From Terriglobia bacterium (GTDB lineage: Bacteria; Acidobacteriota; Terriglobia; 20CM-2-55-15): a DNA stretch of 64,000 bases. The stretch lies in assembly GCA_965198225.1 (NCBI GenBank), contig CBDAOY010000009.1, positions 1,024,001 to 1,088,000 on the forward strand, in the 5' to 3' direction. The notes beneath the pieces were generated by a model. It saw only the letters and a list, made by a program, of their open reading frames with translations. It searched no databases and was not told the origin of the DNA. Below, piece after piece: positions 38,190 to 47,800 of the stretch (its first letter is position 1; every line of letters starts with the position of its first letter). The position numbers and the translations under genes are program-made.

Positions 38190-39455
38190 TTGCGAACGCG
38201 CGTGTTCCTGAGCGTCATTGTCATACTCAGTGCTGTGACTCTGGGCTTTACCGGAGACAACTGGCCGCACTGGCGCGGCCCGTTGCACAACGGAGTCAGC
38301 GACGAAACCGGTCTCCCGCTAAGATGGAGCACCGAAGAGAACATCGCATGGAAGCTCGATCTGCCGGGTCGCAGTGGGGCGACGCCGATCATCTGGGGCG
38401 ATCGTATCTTCATCAACGTCTCCGACGACGAGAGTATCGAACTCTGGTGTGTCCATCGCAGGACCGGCGATGTGATCTGGAAGAAGGTGCTCGGTGGCGG
38501 CAACCGGCGGATCCGGAAGCACAATCACGCGACTCCTTCACCGGTAACCGACGGTGAAAGCGTCTGGGTGATGACAGGGACCGGCCTGCTGCGCCGGCTC
38601 GATTTCGACGGCAACGAGATCTGGAAGCGCGACCTCCAGTCGGACCACGGTCCATTCGGCCTGAACTGGGGATACGGTTCCTCTCCCTTTCTGCATGGCG
38701 ACTCCCTCTACATCCAGGTCCTGCATGGGATGCGGACGGATGATCCGTCCTACCTGCTTCGCATCAACAAGGCGACCGGCAAGACGTTGTGGCGAGTCGA
38801 ACGTCCGACCCAGGCCAGACGTGAGTCACCCGATTCATACACGACGCCTCAGTTGGTCCGGACCGAGCGCGGTCTGGAACTCGTGATCACGGGCGGAGAC
38901 TGTGTCACTGGCCACGATCTGGAAACCGGGAGGGAACTGTGGCGGGCGAACGGTCTGAATCCGCGCAACCGCGGGAACTATCGGATCGTTGCTTCGGCGC
39001 TGATTCTCGGCGATATCGTGTTTGCTCCAAGCCGAGGGAGGCCCCTGCTTGTCGTGCGTGCCGGCGGCAGGGGCGATGTGACCACCTCTCATTTCCTGTG
39101 GCAGACCAACAACGGGCCCGATGTGCCGACGCCGGTCAGCGACGGCAAGTATCTCTATGTTGTGCGGGACAACGGGGTGATCTTTTGCTACGACGCGCGA
39201 ACCGGCGCGGAGATATACGGCCAACATCGGCTCAAGTCGGGAACCTATAGCTCCTCGCCGGTGCTGGCGGACGGCCGGATCTATCTCACGAACGAGGATG
39301 GCGTCACGACGGTGATTCGGCAGGGGCCGAAGTTCGAGGTTCTGGCCGAGAACGATCTGGACGGCTACACCCTCAGCTCCCCCGCCATCGTGAACGGTCA
39401 GATCTTCATCCGGACCGACTTCGCGCTCTGGGCCGTGGGCCAGCCGCGCGACTAG
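38190..39455 (+). CDS. Secreted PQQ-binding-like beta-propeller repeat protein
   Basis: Signal peptide; NWPHWRGP, TPIIWGDRIF, SSPVLADGRIY. Confidence 0.9.
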   Translation: MRTRVFLSVIVILSAVTLGFTGDNWPHWRGPLHNGVSDETGLPLRWSTEENIAWKLDLPGRSGATPIIWGDRIFINVSDDESIELWCVHRRTGDVIWKKVLGGGNRRIRKHNHATPSPVTDGESVWVMTGTGLLRRLDFDGNEIWKRDLQSDHGPFGLNWGYGSSPFLHGDSLYIQVLHGMRTDDPSYLLRINKATGKTLWRVERPTQARRESPDSYTTPQLVRTERGLELVITGGDCVTGHDLETGRELWRANGLNPRNRGNYRIVASALILGDIVFAPSRGRPLLVVRAGGRGDVTTSHFLWQTNNGPDVPTPVSDGKYLYVVRDNGVIFCYDARTGAEIYGQHRLKSGTYSSSPVLADGRIYLTNEDGVTTVIRQGPKFEVLAENDLDGYTLSSPAIVNGQIFIRTDFALWAVGQPRD

Positions 39456-39632
39456 TGTAGGAGCGCTCTATGAACGCACAAATGCCCCCGAAACCACGAC
39501 TTGTGCGGTCATAGACCGCACCTGCACTTCCTGAGCAACATCTCTCGCTCGGGTGTAGGGGCGCTCTATGAGCGCACATGGTTTCGGTTCGAAGAATGTG
39601 CGGTCACAGACTGTCACAGACCGCACCTACAC
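39455..39632. repeat. Two tandem REPINs (39455-39527 and 39553-39632) between convergent genes
   Basis: Four REP units; the last has a 10-bp internal duplication gtcacagac(t/c). Confidence 0.85.
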
Positions 39633-39637
39633 TGTGC

Positions 39638-40480
39638 TCACCTGATTGCAGACGGGTTCTCGGCCTTCCATTCGTCGTAACGCATCCGTAGCGTCCTGAC
39701 CGGGTTGCCGTCTTCGTGCGGTTCCGTGGTGGTCGGTATGACGGTGATGAACAGCGCGTAGTCCCCGTCGTTCCAGGGCTGGATCCGGTCTTCCGGTGGG
39801 TTCCCGACATGAGTGCCCAGCGCGTTGTCCGGGTCGGCTGCCAGGATGTAAGCCACATGCGCCGTCTTGCCCGAACACGGTGCATCGGCGAGAGGCTCGC
39901 GGTCGCAGGTGCACCTCCGGTCTCCACCCAGCGAGTCCGCCTTTTCCATCGCCGCCATCACCCGATCCGTGATGGGACCCGGGGTTTCCGCAAGGACACG
40001 GGCGGCCTCGATCATGGCTGCGGGCCGGGCGATGCTGTTCCCCTGCACCGAATAGAAGATGTTTGCCGCCGGCACTTCCCCCTGGACGTCGAGGGAAATC
40101 TGTCCGTTGGAGGAGCCGGAACGGCCCGCGCTGCGACCCTGCAGGTCCACGATTCCGAACTGGCGCCTTTCGATGTCCGGGTCCGATTCGAGCATCCGGA
40201 TGATCTCGCTCGGGTGGGTGCCGTTCTGCAGTCCGTCGAAAACAACCATGTGGTTCCGATGAGTCGGGTCGACGCCGGCCTGGCAGGCGGCGACTCCCTT
40301 TCCGGGCACGACGACGGCTTGAAGCACTTTCAACCGGTCCGGCGTCGTGCTCGCGGCACACGTCGCCGACGCGATGACGACGCGTCCGGTGTTTCTATCG
40401 ACCGCGACGATCGACCAGGTTGCCCACGCCGTCGATTCCACAAGCACTGTAAGGAGTAAGACACAAAGGAAACGTCTCAT
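39638..40480 (-). CDS. DUF1028 (Ntn-hydrolase-like) secreted protein
   Basis: AWA|TWSIVAVD, RQFGIVD, VQGN, GGDRRC. Confidence 0.8.
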   Translation of the reverse strand: MRRFLCVLLLTVLVESTAWATWSIVAVDRNTGRVVIASATCAASTTPDRLKVLQAVVVPGKGVAACQAGVDPTHRNHMVVFDGLQNGTHPSEIIRMLESDPDIERRQFGIVDLQGRSAGRSGSSNGQISLDVQGEVPAANIFYSVQGNSIARPAAMIEAARVLAETPGPITDRVMAAMEKADSLGGDRRCTCDREPLADAPCSGKTAHVAYILAADPDNALGTHVGNPPEDRIQPWNDGDYALFITVIPTTTEPHEDGNPVRTLRMRYDEWKAENPSAIR

Positions 40481-40556
40481 CGGTGTCCTCTTGTCTCATC
40501 AGCGCGCGCCGGCAGCCTGTTGGCTGGCGTGGCGCAGCTGATGTTTTTGGGTCGAA

Positions 40557-42704
40557 TCAGTTGCTCGATATCCTGGACCCGTTCTTCAGGTGTCTGTCAA
40601 AGAATTCTTCGGCCCGTCTCCAGGCGTCACGCAGGACGAAGGCGCGGCGGAAGAAATGAATCTCGCCGGGATAGATGACCGTCTCGAAGTCTTTGCCCAG
40701 CTTCACCAGCTCGTCGATGACCATCAGCGAGTCATGGAAAGCGACGTTGCGGTCGTCGGTGCCGTGCATGATCATCAACGGTCGCTCCAGGTTCTCCATG
40801 TGCCGCACCGGCGCCGACACGTCGTAGCCCTCGGGGTTTTCTATAGGTGTCCCGAGTCGGGGAATCGTAAAGCCGCTCAGCCTCATCCCGCCGCCTCGGT
40901 TCGTCCAGTCCACGACCCCGGCCACGTTGATGCCGGCGCGCCAGAGCGTCGGATCGACCCAGAGAGCCTGTAGCGTGAGGAAGCCGCCATAGCTGAGACC
41001 CCAAACGCCGATACGGTCCGGATCGACGTAATCCAGCGTCTTGAGGTAGAGCGCGCCGGAAGCGACATCGGCGGTGTCGGTCACCCCGATGCTCATGTGG
41101 TGGCCCGTGGCCCAGTCGCGGCTGTATCCGGAGCTGCCACGGTAATCGGGCGTCAGGATGACATACCCCTGCTGCGCCAGGTACTGGTGCGCCGAGTAGT
41201 ACATGCGGTAGCTACCCGGATGCCATCCCAGATAGTTCTGGTCCGAGCCCGAGCCGTGAATCCAGACGATGGCGGGGTGTTTCTGGGTCCGGTCCAGGTC
41301 CTTGTGCACCATCAAGGCTGCGGGCACCATCTTCCCGTCGTGACGGCTGGGGAATTCGACGGCGACGGGCGGCGTGAGGTCGGCCCTGTCGAGCCCGGGG
41401 GGCATCGAATCGCTCAGGCGCACCGTCCGGGCTCCGGCTCGGGCCTCTACGCTGTAGAAATCGAGGGAATTCTCGACATCCGTCCGGTGATACAAGAGCT
41501 TCTCCCCGTCGGGGGAGAACTCGGGGTCGAAACTGTTGCCGCGCGCAGTGACTACGGGCTCGGTCTCGCCCGTCGCAATATCGATGATGCTGATGAATCG
41601 CTCCATCTGGTTGCCGACGGTGCCGTGATAGTAGGCGATCCGGTCGCCCTCGGGAGCCCAGTCGCCAAGAGCCGCCAGGTAGTCGCCGGAAGTCAGCTGC
41701 CGGGCCTGCGATTCGGAAGTCGCATTGACGGGCATGAGGTAAACGTGAATCCAGCCTGTCCGATCGCTGATGAACGCCACCGTTTCCCCGTCGGGCGAGA
41801 CAAGCACCTTTGAATTCCGACGCGTGGGAGAGAACCATCGCTCATCGTGGTCGCTCCAGATCGTGCGCCCGACGCCTCCGATGGATGCCACTTTGATGTC
41901 GCGCCTCTTCCCGTCGGGCGAAACTTCCTGGTAGAGGAGCGTTCCTTCTGCGGTGAATTGTGCGCCAGTCGTGGCTCCCATCGTCGGAATCCACGCGACA
42001 TCCCCTCCCTGAGCCGCGACGACTCCCAGCTTGCGCTCCGCAGGTGCGTTGACATAGGAGCGGATCCGCTCGCCGTTGAAGGGAAGAGGATATTGTTCCA
42101 TGCCGCCGCGGGACGCGGCGAAGGCCAGCCACCGGCCATCCCGGGAGAAAACCGGGGCCGAAGCCGTCAAGCCCTCCGGCAGGAACGTGAGCTGGCGCTG
42201 GGTTTTCGCACCGACGGATCCGAGCCAGAGCTGTCCGCGTCGCATGAACGCGATCTGTTTCCGGTCGTCGGAAAGCGTGAAGTTGGCTGCGTCGGCCAGG
42301 CCGGAAACATGTTCAGGTTCGGGTGATGCCGGCGAGACCCTCCATAGGCGACCACCCCTGGAAAACCAGATTTCCTCGCCCGAGACCCAGGCAAGGGCGC
42401 CCAGGTCGGAGGTGAGCAGGTCGGGATCCACCGGGAAGTCGGTCAACTGGACCGGTTTCTCACCCGGTGTGACGGCAAACAGATCCTGCTTCCCCGCGGC
42501 GTCCCACAGAAAAGCGACCTTCGTGCCGTCTGGCGACCAGGCCGGGCTGGATGGGAACTTGATTTCGGCGATGCTCTCGATCGTGATACTGCCGCCGGAG
42601 CTTTGAGCCGAAGCGATCGTTGCGACACCAAACAACATCACGGAGAAAACAAGGCATTTCTTCAAACTCATGAACCGGCTTCGAATCGCGTTCGTATCGA
42701 GCAT
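40557..42704 (-). CDS. S9 family peptidase (dipeptidyl-peptidase/acylaminoacyl-peptidase-like), secreted
   Basis: PD40-like propeller (WSPDG); GLSYGG nucleophile; HGTDDRNV (Asp); YPGEIH (His). Confidence 0.93.
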   Translation of the reverse strand: MLDTNAIRSRFMSLKKCLVFSVMLFGVATIASAQSSGGSITIESIAEIKFPSSPAWSPDGTKVAFLWDAAGKQDLFAVTPGEKPVQLTDFPVDPDLLTSDLGALAWVSGEEIWFSRGGRLWRVSPASPEPEHVSGLADAANFTLSDDRKQIAFMRRGQLWLGSVGAKTQRQLTFLPEGLTASAPVFSRDGRWLAFAASRGGMEQYPLPFNGERIRSYVNAPAERKLGVVAAQGGDVAWIPTMGATTGAQFTAEGTLLYQEVSPDGKRRDIKVASIGGVGRTIWSDHDERWFSPTRRNSKVLVSPDGETVAFISDRTGWIHVYLMPVNATSESQARQLTSGDYLAALGDWAPEGDRIAYYHGTVGNQMERFISIIDIATGETEPVVTARGNSFDPEFSPDGEKLLYHRTDVENSLDFYSVEARAGARTVRLSDSMPPGLDRADLTPPVAVEFPSRHDGKMVPAALMVHKDLDRTQKHPAIVWIHGSGSDQNYLGWHPGSYRMYYSAHQYLAQQGYVILTPDYRGSSGYSRDWATGHHMSIGVTDTADVASGALYLKTLDYVDPDRIGVWGLSYGGFLTLQALWVDPTLWRAGINVAGVVDWTNRGGGMRLSGFTIPRLGTPIENPEGYDVSAPVRHMENLERPLMIMHGTDDRNVAFHDSLMVIDELVKLGKDFETVIYPGEIHFFRRAFVLRDAWRRAEEFFDRHLKNGSRISSN

Positions 42705-43086
42705 CGGCGGATCCTCCAGGTTGGTTGGGTCGGTTTTCGGATTGGCGCATTATAGGGTCGCCTTCCGAACGGGGTCAATCAATCCAGAACACCATCGACT
42801 TGGATCTAGAACCAGATCGGGGACAGACCGACTGAAGAAGGAAATCGAGGATCTGGACGTTACAGGCCACTAGCAAGAAACGGTCGACGAGACGAGTGGC
42901 GCCAGCGCGTCGAAACACCGGAAAGCCTCGGAGCGTGGTACCACCTCGGCATGATGAACTGTCCCTTCTGACAGTTCATCAGTGCTTCACCGGCTGTTAT
43001 AAGAAGCGCCGCCCTTCTGGCGGCTAGAATGCATTTAGTTGGTTGGCCACGCGTGTATATCTAATATGGTATAGTCTAAATACAGT

Positions 43087-43377
43087 ATGTGGGAGATCTT
43101 CGAGCACCGAAGACTCGAGAGGCGTTTGGCACGGATGCCCAAAGAGATCCTGAAGCGATACGAGAAGTGGAAGGATATCGTTCGTTTCTCTGGTCCCGAG
43201 GGGCTTCGACTGATCAAGGGCTTCCACGACGAAGCGCTCGGAGGGACATGGAAGGGACAGCGATCGTCGAGACTCAACGAGCAACACCGTGTCATCTATA
43301 CGGTCGTGAAACGGAAGGTGCTGGTAGAAGTCATCGATGTAACGGCCCACGATTATAGGAGAAAGTCGGGAGATTGA
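43087..43377 (+). CDS. Type II toxin, RelE/YoeB/HigB-like mRNA interferase
   Basis: 96 aa; FHDEALGGTWKGQRSSRLNEQHRVIY; C-terminal HDY. Confidence 0.85.
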   Translation: MWEIFEHRRLERRLARMPKEILKRYEKWKDIVRFSGPEGLRLIKGFHDEALGGTWKGQRSSRLNEQHRVIYTVVKRKVLVEVIDVTAHDYRRKSGD

Positions 43378-43378
43378 T

Positions 43379-43690
43379 GTGAAAGATTTCCGGCCGGCGA
43401 AGACAAGAATCGAAGTCTCAGTAGGTGAATCCGTCCGGATCATCAGGGAACTGCAGGAGTGGAGCCAGAACCAGCTTGCGGAGCTCACCGGGATTCCTCA
43501 GTCCACGATCTCCGCCATCGAGAACGACCGGATCCGGCTGGGGGTCGAACGTGCGAAAGTGATGGCCCGAGCTTTGAAATGTCATCCGGCAGTTCTGGTT
43601 TTCCCCGGATGGGAGGTCGGGGACAGGTCGGAACGTACGACTCGCCTGCCGGCCCGAAAGGGGGCCGATGTGAGGGGGACAGGCGTATAG
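43379..43690 (+). CDS. XRE-family HTH antitoxin (HigA-like)
   Basis: IRELQEWSQNQLAELTGIPQSTISAIEN; lies downstream of the toxin; tail extended into a palindromic repeat. Confidence 0.85.
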   Translation: MKDFRPAKTRIEVSVGESVRIIRELQEWSQNQLAELTGIPQSTISAIENDRIRLGVERAKVMARALKCHPAVLVFPGWEVGDRSERTTRLPARKGADVRGTGV

Positions 43691-43703
43691 CCTCGTCCCC
43701 GGT
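43672..43703. repeat. GGGGACAGG palindrome, copy 3 (supplies the antitoxin stop codon)
   Basis: gagggggacaggcgtatagcctcgtccccggt. Confidence 0.6.
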
Positions 43704-43809
43704 TTCTTCCTCGTGACATGCCAACCAATAGACCAATGTCGGGTCGGTCTCCCTGTGGGATGATCGACCGGACGAACACTCCATTCGACGAAGAAAACAG
43801 GAGGAGAAC

Positions 43810-44805
43810 ATGACTCGAAGATTCGCATTCGTGTTGCTTGTCGTCGCCCCGTTTGCCGGTTTGGCACACGCTCAGGACTTCGATCCGGACGAGATGGCGA
43901 CGTTTTCGATCGTCGCACGGGATCCGATGACGGGAGAGCTCGGCGAGTGCGTTACCTCAAAAGCGCTGGCCGGCGGCGACGGTGGACTGACCGTCAAAGG
44001 CGGTGTCGGGGTGATCGCCCACCAAGCATCCAGGAGCCCGATGTACGGAAAACTGGGAATCATGCTGCTCGAGATGGGGATGAGCCCCACCGAGGCCCTG
44101 GAGATCATTCAGCGTACCGACGAGACTCCGGAGCGCCGGCAGATCGGCATCATCGACATCGAAGGACGTACTGCCGTCTATACGAACGGGGGCGCTTCGA
44201 GTGGCCCTCCAGGTCGGTGGCGCGGACACCGTTGCGGTATCGATTACTGTGCGCAGGGTAACAGCCTGACCGGACCTGAAGTGATCGAGGCCGTCGCGAA
44301 TTCCTTCGAGTCGTCCACCGGCCCTCTGGCAGAGCGGCTCATGGCGGCTATCGATGCGGGACAAGCCGCCGGTGGCGACGCTCGGGGCAAGCAGACGGCG
44401 GTCCTGATCGTGGCCAAGCCCATGGCCTCGCGCGGCGGGTGGAGCGATCGGGTCGTCGACTTTCGCGTGGACGATCACCCCGAGCCCATGGGCGAGCTGC
44501 GACGGATCTACAACAACAAGGTGTCGGGAGACATGATCCGTAGTGGGAACTCCCGCCTCAACGACGGGGACCTGGCCGGCGGGCTCGGGGTTCTGATCGG
44601 CGCGACCGAGCTGTCTCCGGATAACGACAACGCGTGGGTCGCCGTGGCGAGCGGTTACCTACGCAACGATCGCAAGGAAGAGGCGCTCGATGCTTTGCGC
44701 CGGGCGATAGAGCTGAACCCGAACAACGGTATCCGACTGCCGAGCAACCCGAATTTTCAATCGATTGTCGACGACCCGGACTTTCTAAGGATCGTCGGGA
44801 ACTGA
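43810..44805 (+). CDS. DUF1028 (Ntn-hydrolase-like) protein with C-terminal TPR
   Basis: Signal peptide; ATFSIVARD, RQIGIID, AQGN.L, GGDARGKQ, VDDHPEP; TPR (ALRRAIELNP). Confidence 0.88.
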   Translation: MTRRFAFVLLVVAPFAGLAHAQDFDPDEMATFSIVARDPMTGELGECVTSKALAGGDGGLTVKGGVGVIAHQASRSPMYGKLGIMLLEMGMSPTEALEIIQRTDETPERRQIGIIDIEGRTAVYTNGGASSGPPGRWRGHRCGIDYCAQGNSLTGPEVIEAVANSFESSTGPLAERLMAAIDAGQAAGGDARGKQTAVLIVAKPMASRGGWSDRVVDFRVDDHPEPMGELRRIYNNKVSGDMIRSGNSRLNDGDLAGGLGVLIGATELSPDNDNAWVAVASGYLRNDRKEEALDALRRAIELNPNNGIRLPSNPNFQSIVDDPDFLRIVGN

Positions 44806-44848
44806 TCCGTTCTTTCAGCACGATAAGGGATAGCCCGCTTGCACGGGG

Positions 44849-47800
44849 TCAATTCGGCTCTCCTGGAGAATACATGCTGGCAATCGGATGTCCCGGAGAC
44901 AGCGTAAGGACCTTCCGGTACCATTCCTCGGCCTCGTCTGGATTCCCGGATTGCCGCAGCGCCTCGGCGACTCCGAGAAAGCCCTGGACATTCTCCGGAT
45001 CGATGTCGATTGCACGTTCGAACTGGTCCAGCGCCTCCTCGTGGCGGCCACGCTCGACTAGGAAGAGGCCGTAGTTGTTGAGCGAAATCGCGTCGGATGG
45101 ATCCGCATCGATGACGTCGCGAAACTCGGCTGCAGCCCGGTCATGCTGGAGGGTTAACGAATAGAGGACGGCGAGCAGGTTGCGGGCGCGCATGTTACCC
45201 GGATCGATCTCGATAGACCGGCCTATGATTTCGATCGCCTCATCGTAGAGGCCCTGGTATTGCCGCATCGTCGCAAGATGGAAGAGTCCCCGAGCATCTT
45301 CAGGCTCGAGGGCCAGCAGGCGGTCGAGTACTCCGGCGAGCTCAAGGCTGCCCTCCGAGGCAAGCACGTCCGAGAGTTGCACCAGTACCTCGACGTTTCC
45401 CGGGTCATTCTCGAGGACTCTCTCCAGCAATTCCACCGCCCGGCGGTGTTCCTGCCCGCGCATGTAGTGTTCGGCCGCCGCCGACAGGACCTCAGGCTCC
45501 GGGTAATCGTCGACCATCTCTTCGACGAAGGTCGTCACTCGATCACGGGTTCGGCCCCGCCCGGTTTGAATGAGCCCACTCCACGCTTCCTCGTCCTTGG
45601 GGTCCAACTCCAAGGCAAGCTGGAACTGATCGGCGGCCAGTTCGTAGCTTCCGGCGAAGAGCAGCATCTCGCCCTTGCGGCGGTGGTTCGCCGCCGTGGG
45701 TGCTGCCTTGACGCGTTCGACAAAGGACGGCGTCGGCATTCGAGGCTCCACGGCATGGACCGCCTGCAGATTCTCGTCGGTCGTGTTCGCGTATATGAAC
45801 TGAGGGGCCCGAAATTCCAGGACGGGAAAATCATCCGTGTTCATCACCGCGTCGCCCGCGAACCGGTCGAGATCGTCATCGGCGATCATGAACATCGAAA
45901 GGATGCTGTACAAGTCCTGCACGTCAACACCTTCAAGATCGGACCGGACCCGTTCGTAGTTGGCGCGGACGACGGCTTCGGAGACCTCGATCGGCGAAGG
46001 AGAACCGAGCAGCAGGAAGTCGCTGTCGTTGAGTGCCCACAGTGAGGCGTGGGGAAAGGCCGATCGGAAGGACCGAACGATCGTTCGCAGGTCCTCTGTC
46101 GACATATTGTAGCTATGCACCCACTGGCAATGGATCCCATGCTCCGACAGTCGCTCGCGAACTTCTTCGAAGAACTCGCGGGTGAAAAGCGAAGCCATTC
46201 CCGACATCCAGGGGTTGGAAGGCTCAGAGATACTGACGTCGTACACCGTGGTCGTGTAGCGTAGATGATTTCGACCATCCCCGATGATCACCTCGACGCG
46301 AGGATCCTCCAGGGCACGATGGTTCACATGCTCGAAGAAGCGCGAGGCCTCGATCACCTCGGGCGAGATCTCGATGACGTCCAGCTTCTCGATCGGATGC
46401 TGGAGCGCCGCTCCCGCGGTAACTCCACTCCCAAAGCCGATGTTGGCGACGGTAAGCGCTTGGTCGCTGAGAAGCAGCGGTAGATGGCCCAGCATTTTCT
46501 GCGTCAGCATGTCTCCGGAATCGGTCGCATCCACCTTCCCATCCACGGCGAGCGTCGTGCTACCGCCATTGCGCTTGACCGACACTGTCGTCGTTGTGCC
46601 CTCCCTGAAATACAGAAGGTCGCCGCTCTTCAGGACGGATTCCAGGTCGAGGTTCGAAGCGTAGTAGGGTGCGTATTTGTAGGCGCCCGACGCCATCAAC
46701 TCGGGATCCCAGCGCGGCACCAACCAGATAGCCGGAATCAGGGCCAGAACGGCAACCGGACCCGCCAAAGCTGTCCGCGGAATCACTGGTTTCTCTGCCG
46801 ACAACGTCAGAGCCACCCCGACCAGCACGCTCAACGCCGCCGCCAGAACGAGCGTGTACTGGGTCCCGATCGCGGGTACGAGCAGAAAACCGGCCGCGAG
46901 GGACCCAAGGATGCCGCCCGCAGTGTTGAATGCGTAGACGGCGGACACTTCCGTGCCGAGCAGAGAATCTGACCGGGCATAAAGCTTCGACGCAATCGGA
47001 AACGTCATCCCGAGTAGCGTCGTCGGGACCAGCATGATCGCGAAGAAGAGCAGAAACTCCGCAGCCTGGATGGCTCTGAAGGATTCCACGTACCGGGTGA
47101 CGAGCCCGCCTATCCAGACCGGCAGCTCACCGAACAGGGGTACCAGGGCGAGAGAAGAAAAGCCAACCCCGATCTCGATCCAACCAAACCCACCGACTGT
47201 CGTCTCCCCGCGCGCGGTCCATTTGGAACCGAGCCAGGCCCCCAGTCCCAGGCCGGCGATCATGGCCGCCAGCATCAGCGTAAATGCGTATGTGGTCGGC
47301 CCGACGATCAGACTGAGGACGCGAGTCCATGCGACTTCGTTGGCGAGCGCCGCGAGACCGGAAAGGAGCATCGCAAACAGAACGATCCTCGGTCCCGCAA
47401 GAGCCGGGCCGGGATCTTCTCCCGTCGTCGATGGCGCATCGGCCGTCCGTGCCAGGCGCCACGACACTCCTGCGATCAGCAGATTAAGTACGGCCGCAAA
47501 CGCCAGAGCAGCCCAGACCCCAAAGGTCGGTATGAGCAGGAACCCAGCCGCAACCGTGCCCAAAGCCGCCCCCCACGTGTTCGCCGTGTAGACCCGGCCG
47601 GCATGCAGTCCGATGGTCTCGATGTTCTCGGTGTAGTAGCGGATCAGGATGGGCAGGGTCCCGCCCATCAGGGTCGCCGGAACGATCAGGAGGGTGAACG
47701 AAACCAGCAGCCGGCCAAGGCTCAGCAGCGCGAACGAATCGTAGGCCGATCCATAGAGAGCGCCAAACACAGGATCGGCGAGGCCGAGCATCAGGGGCAG

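Noticed and set aside
36748-39455. Calling the propellers bamB or PQQ-dependent dehydrogenases
   Set aside because: No lipobox or bam/der context, and they are too short and lack the signature features of quinoprotein alcohol dehydrogenases; left at family level
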